Of a stretch of 64,000 nt of DNA, positions 12,857-22,144 are shown piece after piece (the stretch's first letter is position 1; each line of letters opens with the position of its first letter). Below the pieces are notes generated by a model. The model saw only the letters and a list, made by a program, of their open reading frames with translations. It was not told the DNA's origin and did not search any database. The position numbers were made by a program, and so were the translations under genes. The stretch is from Cetorhinus maximus (taxonomy: Eukaryota), in NCBI RefSeq assembly GCF_964194155.1, contig NC_135883.1, positions 147,312,001-147,376,000 on the forward strand, given 5' to 3'.

Positions 12857-15800
12857 AAAACTGCAGCTTCCCCCAAAACAGCATTCAGCAACATCTCCTA
12901 AATAATTCCAAGGAACTTGTCTCCCCTACACAATTTGGAGGTTTACTCTTCGTGTTACACTATGACCTGCAGTTTCCTCTCCCAAGAAGTGGTGTACCCA
13001 TCCTCCCATTTGAGTGCCACCCACTTAAAACTGCAGGATTCTGTCATTTGCCATTACTATGACTTTAGTTTTTTAAAGTTTTTTCTCAAATCTTAACTGA
13101 GAGCTTTTTTTTTAATTATTTACAAAACAACGCCTTCCAGTTCAGTGTTTGCACATTACCAGCCACCTGTACCTAGTTTGTTCCTTGGTTTCAGATTTTG
13201 GAACTTTTGTGTTTGATGCTGTCTTTCTTTTTAAACATTGAACTGGTGCAAATTCAGGGGAAAAAATGCATTTCTGCACCACATCATTACATCTCTCAGA
13301 AACATCGTGAGATGAATTAATTTGAAGTGCATTCACTGTTGTGTATAAAAATAATCAAAAAATATCAGATTTAATCTTCTACTTTTAAGAAAACAGGAAG
13401 GCATATGCTATTTATTTTTTATATATATAGGGTTTTGGCACCAAGTGCTTCAGCCAATGAATTGACAATTTTTTAAAGAGTGTGCTCATTAGATTTGTGA
13501 ACATACGATGCTTTTGTACAGACAGGGACAGTAGCAGTTATAAGCTTCTGTTTCTATGCATTTTCATCGTAAAGCTACACAATCTTAGAATAATAATAAG
13601 ATGAAATCTTAGCCAATTTGTGTGAGAAATCTAAGCCCCTCCGTATTATATCAGGGCATTCTAATAAGTTTTTATTTCAAGCCTTTTTAGTTTATCTGTG
13701 AGTAATTTGATTTATTTTGTCTCTGAAATGCGTCTGAGCAGTTTTGTGTCACATTCTTAAGCAGAGCAGACGCCAAGTTTAGAGGGGCGGCATACGGCTG
13801 CTTTGCAGCTCTATTTTAAAGGTTTGTCTGGCCTGTGTTTGGATGGTATTTTATTGCATTACTGACTGGCTGCGTGACATCGGAGAGCGTTCCATTATAA
13901 TATAAATGACCCAGTCTATAGTTCCATAAACTCGCCGTTTTTTAAATTGTGTCGCTGCTCGCTGTAGCGTTTATTTTTTAACCCACAGTGAATCTGGCTG
14001 GCCAGATTGATCAGATATAAATTAAACATCGCTCTTTGAGTTTTTTTTAAAAAAAAGCGAGAACTACAGTACAGAGAGAACAATTTGTAGAGTATCTTAA
14101 GCAGTGGATTGGCAGTAGTCTGAATCATTTCGAAACGAGCTACCCACACGATTGATGCAAAACCAAACAGTACTTACACACACACACACAAACAGACGCA
14201 ACATATAAAGCTGAAGTTAGGATGGATAGAGGGCCAGTCTTGCTGGATGGTGATCTGTTCATAGATATTTGAGTTAACGCGTTCACTAAATGCGCGTGTC
14301 AAAACTCTCAGAGCTTCGTCCCGCGCTGATGTCAAGAGAAATCGGGTGTGCGTGCGTGTGTGTTTTTTCAGTGGTTTATTTCAGTTTTAAGCACCCAGTA
14401 GCCCATTTTAAACCAATAATAAATACAGGAACTAATATTTTAACGTGACGGAGAAAACCGCCGGTTAAATGACTTTGCCACGCGTTTACTTGGAAGCCGG
14501 TTTCTCCGGTTGCTGGTGTCCTCATTGGCCAAGGGTCGGGCGGGTTAGCGAGTTGAGCGAGCGACGAGTGCGGGGGCATGGGACAATATGCTGGGGAAAA
14601 ATTAGCCTGTTTAACCCGCTGATTAGCCGAGGGAAAGTTTCAGATTGAAACACTCCAAAAACGAAAATAGATTTAAGAAACTCCTCTGGGGGGTGGGGGG
14701 TTATCAAATGGATTGCCGCTGTTATCTTTGCCCGTGTCACACATCCACCTGCATCAGCCCGGGGTGGTCGTCCCCCTTACCCCGCGGGATGGTTTGTATT
14801 TTAACATTGTTTCGCAGTACCCCTGTGAATGGGGTGTCTTGTTTTTCGTTTACCGGTAACCCCCCCCCTCCCCAATTCCCTCTCTCACCCTCTCTCTCTC
14901 TGTAACCCGCTGTTTCTTTCAGCTAACTGAACTGTGCAGGTCGGCGAAGGAGGACGCTTTGACCGTGCTGACAGCTTTCAATATCCCCGCCACAACAGTC
15001 CACGCTCCGATCGCCGGCATTCCCAACCCTCGAGCGACCTGGGCTTACTATCCTCACCCTCGCTTGGATCACCCCGGCGCCGCCAAAGCGACAGTATTAG
15101 CCCGGGCCAAACTGTGAGCCTCTCGGCGAGTAGCAGAAGGAACCGCACCGTGCCAACATGACCCCCCTTTTTTTTTTGTATACAATTATTTCCCCCACTC
15201 AGTGTTGTCAAATTGTAATATGATCAACGTGGTGATCAAAATAGCATGAAATAGGTCGAATTTTTCAGAAACCATCTTATTATGGTATTGTATTTTTGTG
15301 ATATAATGGGAATCAAAAAATAAACACATTTTCATTCCAAAGGCGCTGTATTTTGTTTTTGTTCGCTTCCCAGTTTGGTGCGCTGTTATCTCGCGGATTT
15401 TGACTTTGCTGTTTCGTGTGGGTGGACATTGCTACTTTCTCACTTGATAACTATCTCTTTGAGACCGAAATCCTCCCTTGAATATAAACCCAAAACACCG
15501 CCTGTGCGCTGCCTCATATATAGAACCGATGTACCCGCGCACACACTGCAGGAAAGTCTTTATGGGAATGATCTGAGCGCAGCAAATGGATTTATTTTTC
15601 TATTTTTGAAAAAAAAAAATCTGTTATGAAAATGAAACTTGCGGTTTTCTTTTTAACTCATCGTTTTCTTCAAGTGTGCACAATAACCTGAAGGCACCCG
15701 GGTTAAATTCGCTGCGCGTACTTTCCAACCCTTGTTATTCGCGCTTTGTAATTGTCGGATTGGATCCGCGCCGATCGCTTGACTTGCACTTTTATCAATG

Positions 15801-17491
15801 TATTGGGAGTAAAACGATAATTGTCGATCAAGTTCTGCGGTTACCCCAGTTATGCCAGATCATAAAGGGTCGCGCTTTATTTTCATCTCCAATAACGAAC
15901 TTTAGAGACTCCCAGCAATTCCCACAGCGCGGTTTTTATTTTTGGATAATGCTTTCTTCTCGTGTGAATATATATACAACCTAACTGTTTTATAAATATA
16001 TCAAATTGAACTCGTCTGCGCGTTGACGCAGACAGACTAATAACCACCCCGAAAACATGTTTCATAAAATTAAAAGTTCGGATGTGACAAATCGCGCTTT
16101 CATCATCTCTCATTGCGCCATGTGGTAACTTGCAATAACTATATTCATTTAGCAGTTTCTGTTTTGTTGCATTGAGGTTTTCTCGGTTTGTTTGTATTGC
16201 TGAGATTTCTATCCCTGCAAAGTGTTTTCGCATCGGTGCCTCTTTAGCCGCCGTCGCTCTGGAGATTTTTTTCAACGATGTTGGTGGAGGAAAAAGAATC
16301 AACGGCGGTATTTCGGCTCTTACCGACTCCGGAATCACTGGTGATCTGATTCGTTTCACTTAAACTTTATATCGCACGCAACAACATGCACAAAAAAAAA
16401 ATGAACCGCCTGCAATGAGCAGTAATCTTGTTTTAATTTTTCTCGCCACCCCCCTCCTTAGTGAAACCAGAGAGATTATTTGTCTTTATCCTCTAAATTT
16501 GCGATGTTGGTAAATGATGAAAGGAGCTCACCCCCTACTCTCCCCTAATCAGTTTACAGAGCCTATAGCTATTTAATTACATACGAAGACACTTGTGCTT
16601 CGTTCTCAGTTGACCCGAATGATTTTGTGACATGAAATACAGCGCAGCATTATTGATCTGAAAGCGTCGCAACGACCTCAGGGCAATTACTTTATTAATC
16701 GCTAATTTCCCTTTCCTGCCTTCGAGAGTGGCCATTTCCTCCCGAGCCTGACTTGTTGTAGCATGTCCCGGCGTTATTCTCTATCGATTTGAATCTAATC
16801 GCAACATCCCAACAAGTGTTGACCCACCCCCGCAAACGATGCCCCTTCCTAAAGGGGAAGTTTCCGATCTCCTCTGAGCCTCCCCACCCCACCTCGACGC
16901 CGGGCTCCACCACCGTCTCTCTTGTTCCCCTCCTCCTCTCGGTTCTTGCCCGACTTTTTGTAGGTTGAACCCTATCGGCGTCGGGATTATCCTTTTTATT
17001 TTTTAAAAAAAGGAAACTTACTCTCAGAACTATTAGTTTGTCAATTACCTCCCCCACCTCATCTCTTCTCCTCCCTACACGACCCTCCTCGACCCTCAGC
17101 GTGCCCGCTGTTGACAACTGTCCCATTTGTGCACCGAGTTTTAAACACGATTTAAGTTATGCCTGTTTTAAAATTCCTTCAAGTGAGACGACAGTTGAAC
17201 GACTTTTTTTTTAAAAAAAATCCATCTATGTGGAATAGATGGTGGACATCCTACGCACTTGAAAGCCGTTGTCTCCCTGCCTCACAATATTTAGAACCCA
17301 TCATCTCTGAAATCAAAACAAACTTTTTTTTCAAACATAATTATATATGCATCGATCATTTCCTAGATTTGCCTCTGTAGGCGGGTGTTTATATTCTCAA
17401 CTCTCTGCTTGCTCCTCCAACCCCCTCCCCCAAATTACCCAATCTACCTGCCCTGACTTGCCCCCTTCACGGCCCAGGCTGGGTTTCAGTA

Positions 17492-17528
<37 letters not shown>
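17492..17528. repeat. (TA)n(TG)n microsatellite in the BIM promoter
   Basis: Directly visible alternating purine-pyrimidine tract. Confidence 0.9.
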
Positions 17529-17544
17529 CCTCTTGTACAGCCTC

Positions 17545-17640
17545 TTTGGGCGGGGACCTGGGGGAGGGGGGAGAGAGAGAGAGGGAGGAGGAGAGTCGGC
17601 TCATTGGAGCATTGCTGAGACCCGGGGCGATCAGTGCCAC
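17545..17640 (+). promoter_or_regulatory. BCL2L11 core promoter: GC box, inverted CCAAT box, initiator-like TCAGT
   Basis: GGGCGGGG at ~17548, ATTGG at 17603-17607, TCAGT at 17631. Lies directly upstream of an ATG-free exon that ends in a consensus donor. Confidence 0.6.
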
Positions 17641-17756
17641 ACTCGCATACACACTCTCTGCAGCTACTGGAAAGTGATCTCAAGAATCTGCGAGTCTCCG
17701 CGAGCTTCAAAACAAAGGAGAGCGGCGGCTAAGTCAGACCGTACAGCCACCGACAG
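17632..17756 (+). other. BCL2L11: BCL2L11 non-coding exon 1 (5' end approximate)
   Basis: Ends in CAG|GTGAGC (donor at 17757), has no ATG, and lies in the CpG island. Mammalian BIM also has a non-coding exon 1 a few kb upstream of the coding exon. Confidence 0.6.
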
Positions 17757-20609
17757 GTGAGCCACTTCCAGCAAGGGAGCAGCTAAGAAGCCCCCTTATT
17801 TTCCCTCTCTATTTGCTTCAGATTGGTAGAGGGGAAGCAACCCCCTTTTTTGTTTCACTTGCATGCACTTGTAAATAAAACCGGCAAGCAAGGACCGAGT
17901 GAGCCGGCAAGCAAGAGTGTGGCTGGTTAAAAAGTAGCGATCGATTGTAAAACACTCCTTTTCTCCCCGACCCTCAGAGGTGGGTTAGAGAGTTTTCTTG
18001 TGTGGAGTTGGGTGCAATATTTCGACTTGGCGTGAAGTGCGGCTTTCGGAGGAAGGGGAGGCGGTCTCGTGTGTTTATTGTCCGGCGGCTGCAAAATTCC
18101 CTTCACGGCAGCAATAACAAAACCACATGTACTGTGGTTTACGTAGGCGATCGACCGAAAGTTGGGGAGTTTAGGACTGTTATTCCACACACACGTATAG
18201 ACATTATACATGAATTCTTGCCATATATACCATCTTTACAAATCAAACATAACCGATTTACAAAACCACTTTTGGTGCAACGTGTTTTTTTTTGTTTTGC
18301 CTCTTGAGCGACGGAGCGCTCCAGTTTTTCACTTCGGCATTACCTTCTCTATTTTGTTTTTATCAAATAAAAGCTCCTTTTACCCCATTTCTCCGATCGC
18401 CAGCAACATTTATCACTGAAACGAGCGTTTTTTGCACTGATCCATGCCCTGTGCATTTTAAATTTCGGCCACAAATTGAAAAGTCGGGATTTATACGTTG
18501 GCCACAGTACCGCCGGCGTCTTTTATTACCGGAGTGGGAGAAATGAGAAGGAGAAATTTTTTTTTTTAAATTATATATAATTTTTGAAGTAAAGCCAATT
18601 TGGGGATTTTTTTTAAAAAACAAAAAAAAACTGACATGCATAGGGGGAGGGAGGAGGTGTTGGCAGTTGAATGCATGTATATGTTGGGGGCCGTGTCTTT
18701 GGGCGTTGTCGCCGCTTGTTGAGAAGAGAGTAGTCAAGTCGCCAAGCACAGTGTAAAAGTTTTGTGTCTGCTCGCTCGCTCTCTCTCGCCCTCTGCACCC
18801 AGTGACCGTGTGACTGAGGCGAGCGCGCTTTGCGCATGTGACAGAACGCCACAGTGTAAACAAAACAACCTCTGAAAGAACGCCGGGCCAATGGGAGGCG
18901 CCGACGTCACGCCTCCGGAGCTCCAACCGCCTGCCGGCGTGAGCTGCGCGCCAGGCGCTGATTGGCCGGCCAGCTGGCGGGGGCCGCGTCCCGAGGCACG
19001 TCAATCAAAGGCTAGACGGGCGGCTGGTTGCGGGACAATGCTCTTTAAGCTTACATATATATATGTGTATATATATATATATAAGTGTGTGTAATGCATA
19101 TATAGTGTTCTCACCGGGGGCGTCTGCAAGCTACAGGCAAGACGACGGGACAAGTGTGACATGTACTTAATTTTGGGAGTAATTGTAATTTGACAACCCA
19201 CACCCCCCCCCCCTCCCCCCACTTTCCAAAAAAAAACCTGACACATCTGACAGCAGTAATTGCAACGTCAAACTTTCAGAGGAATGGGGCAACTTCCACA
19301 CTTTGTCTCCAATAGTCAAGATTTGTTATCCTTCGAATACGATACAACAGGTATGTTTCAGGCGAGAGGAGTAAAGGAGACTTTGTTTCTATCTGTAAAC
19401 CAGCCGCACACGTCGAACCTGAAGCACTGTTTTTAACTGGGGGCATTTTCCAGGCAATGAAACGCGGCGACGGGTTTGGAGCACAATCAGAGCGGCGCAG
19501 GCACTGCCTTTTCAGCCCGGATTGTTGACAGTGGGGAAGTTGTGACGCACTTGCTGGAGCTGCTGCCAGTTGTGAAAAGGCTGCGCTCAGCACTTTGGAG
19601 AGAACAATGGGACCGTAGTAGGAAAAACGCCAGATCCACATCTAGTGTTTCCCTCACATCTTTTACTACTAGATTTCAGCAGCATGAAAACATATTTCTC
19701 TCGGGGAAAGAGACTCCAGTTCGAGGTTTTATGATGACTTATAGGAATAAAGCTTCTGCTGCAGTGTACACTGAGCCAGGAAAATGACCTACAGCCTTGT
19801 TAGCAATCTAAACTTTAAAATTAATTAATTGACGAAGTGATATATTTTGTGGAGCCTTATTAAATTGGGAAAATAATGGAAATTAGCCAATGGCACTGTG
19901 CACAGCTAAAAGGGGTACTATTCTGAAGACCTGGGAATATTTTATACCTGCTTGCCTCTGGCTTGACATGTTTTATGGTGTTTGTTTCCTTCCCCACGGT
20001 TGTGTATTTGGAGTAGACATGTGATCCATTTTAGTGTATGCTCACAGCTTTCACATGTTTGTCTCACTGATTTTCATGTTGGAAATAAGTTCAGCACTCC
20101 TTCCAGTATTTACTCTTCACTCCTTCTAATTATGGTGCTATGCTGGAATAGGTCTTCAATGTGCCATCACTCCTAGGGTGCTTCATACAAGTGATAATTG
20201 TTCATGTGTGAGTCTCAACCAAAGGGGCATCTCATCTCCTCCTCATCCAGAGCAGGGTTTTCTCTCCCTAAGGGTAATGAGGCATTCAGTAGTGCTTTCA
20301 TGACCATCCGACTGATTAAACCTGGGACCTTGGTTTGCATCGTTTAGTCCCATTGAACAAATTTCTATATTCTGAGCTGCTGGGGAGAGGCATTTATTCA
20401 ATATTTTATAGAGTTTGTTATGAATATGCTTTTCTGTGGTTGTAGATAAAACACAAACTTTTGATTCTAGGTTTTGCACATCTAGCTTGAAGTATGAACT
20501 GCTAGTTGAGATTTTAAAGTTTTCAATCATTTGTTTCTCCATAAAAAGAAGCAGCATAGAACCATATAAGTGTTTAAGAATAATAAAATAACCACAAAAC
20601 TCTTTAAGA

Positions 20610-20990
20610 ATCAATATATAAGCATTAAAAATGTTTACAATGATGAAGGGTTTAAATAGAGTAAGTAAAGGGAAACCGCAGTGGCTGAAGGGCCGATAAC
20701 CAGACAGCACAAATTCAAGGTGATTGGTAAAAGAACCAGAGGCGACGTGAAGAAAAACCATTCTACGCAAAAGCGGTTATGATTTGGAAAACACTGCCTG
20801 ATAGGGAGATAGAAACAGACTCATTGGTACCCTTTAAAAGGGAATTGGATAAGTACATGAAAAATAAAAGATTGCAGTGATGTGGGAAAGAGTAGGGGAG
20901 TAGGACTAATTGGATGGCTCTTGAAAGAGCTGGCACAGACACAATGGGCCAAATGTCCTCCTTTTGTGCCATACTATTCTATGATTCCAA
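20610..20990 (+). mobile_element. CR1 LINE 3' end in BIM intron 1
   Basis: AAAATGTTTACAATGATGAAGGG...ATGGGCCAAATGTCCTCCTTTTGTGCCATACTATTCTATGATT. Confidence 0.75.
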
Positions 20991-21834
20991 GTAGTATATG
21001 ACTGTATAAGTGTTTAACAGGCATGTGTTTTCAGTACAAAACCAGATTGTGAGGTGCATTTAGTTTGCTTCAATTCAGGCAACCTTCTTTTGGAAGCTAC
21101 TGACAGCAAGATATGGAAAAGCAAAAGCAATTTAATGGCAATACCCCAAAACTTGTTTAAATTTGACAAATCTGACAAATAACCGCCTAAGGGATTCATT
21201 GGAAGCAGTCAACTTGGCAAGTGCGTACAATTGACTTGATGCCAGGATCAGCTGTAGCTGCAGTGCGGGAACAGTTTTGACTACCTTCTCTCGGCACTTG
21301 TCCTGTCACATTTAATCCCAGTGCACAAAAATGGAGCATAAGAAATGTCTTTTTTAAAAACTGAGAAGGTATCTACTGAAACTCAATTTAAAATACTGCA
21401 CTTGTTTACCCTACAGAAGACGGATTTAGAAAAGTTAAAAATAGAGGTTGTAATCAAACTGGTCACCTTCATGAAGAACTGGGTGATTGGGATGATAATG
21501 AAGTTCAAAATTTGTACATATGTAATATATATTGGTTTTGAAATGAACTTTAAAGATGACAGGCTGAAAAGTTAGAAGGGTAGTTGAGTTGTGAGTTTCT
21601 GTTGTATTCTCATTTTTTCTATGTATTTGTGTACTAGACAATAAACAGGAATGCAGCATAAAGTACCATTATTTCTCAAATCAAAACGTTATCACACTTT
21701 TTAAGACTTGAGATAAATAATATTTTTTTTTCTTTTCTTAGGAAAAAATGCAACTACTTTGTGTTCCATAGGAGTGAAGGCGGATCCGACTGGGAACCAA
21801 ACAGCATCCATATTCCAGACTTAGCATCACAAGC

Positions 21835-22144
21835 ATGTCAAGAGGTGAGCTTTCTGGTCAAGGGGATTCCCCTACTAGCACGAGGTGCGAAAGTATGCAG
21901 TTGTCTTCAAACTTTGTTACGACATGTCCACTTATTAATTTCTTGCGTGGACAATATTCCTCTGTTACCCCATCTTCGCGATCCAGCAGGTTATCCAGTG
22001 GATGCTATTCTCTTGACACAGACAGTGGACAGATGACTAAACCCACAAGCTGCGACAAAGCTACACAGACTCCAAGCCCAACCTGCCAAGCCATCTACCA
22101 TGCACAGCACGCCTTGGCACAAGCACAGCGTTTACAGATTCGTG
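21835..22144 (+). CDS. BCL2L11: BIM coding exon 2 (exon begins at 21742; N-terminal BimEL region with degron and dynein light chain motif)
   Basis: Acceptor (T)nCTTTTCTTAG|G at 21741 and donor CGTG|GTAAGA (phase 1). Translation ...RLSSGCYSLDTDSGQMTKPTSCDKATQTPSPTCQA... matches human BIM [33 protein letters not shown]. Confidence 0.93.

Larger units (their letters stand above)
13700..19750. promoter_or_regulatory. Extended CpG-rich (probably unmethylated) promoter domain of BCL2L11 with several promoter-like modules
   Basis: CG dinucleotides are visibly frequent from ~13.7 to ~19.75 kb and depleted in the flanks. No TE debris is recognisable here. Contains GC boxes, CCAAT boxes and a first-exon donor. 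Confidence 0.8.

Noticed and set aside
15883-19004. Long minus-strand ORFs of 158, 143 and 213 aa in the promoter domain
   Set aside because: Non-ATG or weak starts, cross homopolymer runs, no homology; expected by chance in GC-rich sequence.
20243-20770. 175-aa minus-strand ORF in intron 1
   Set aside because: Partly antisense of a CR1 tail and partly AT-rich intron; no domain.
21761-22036. 91-aa alternative-frame ORF overlapping BIM exon 2 (open from the exon start)
   Set aside because: GTG start only; neither candidate upstream exon supplies an in-frame ATG; no recognisable domain.
22040-22085. Calling the gene BMF because of DKATQT
   Set aside because: The [12 protein letters not shown]3, the SSGxxSxDT degron and the SCDK..TPSP context are BIM-specific.
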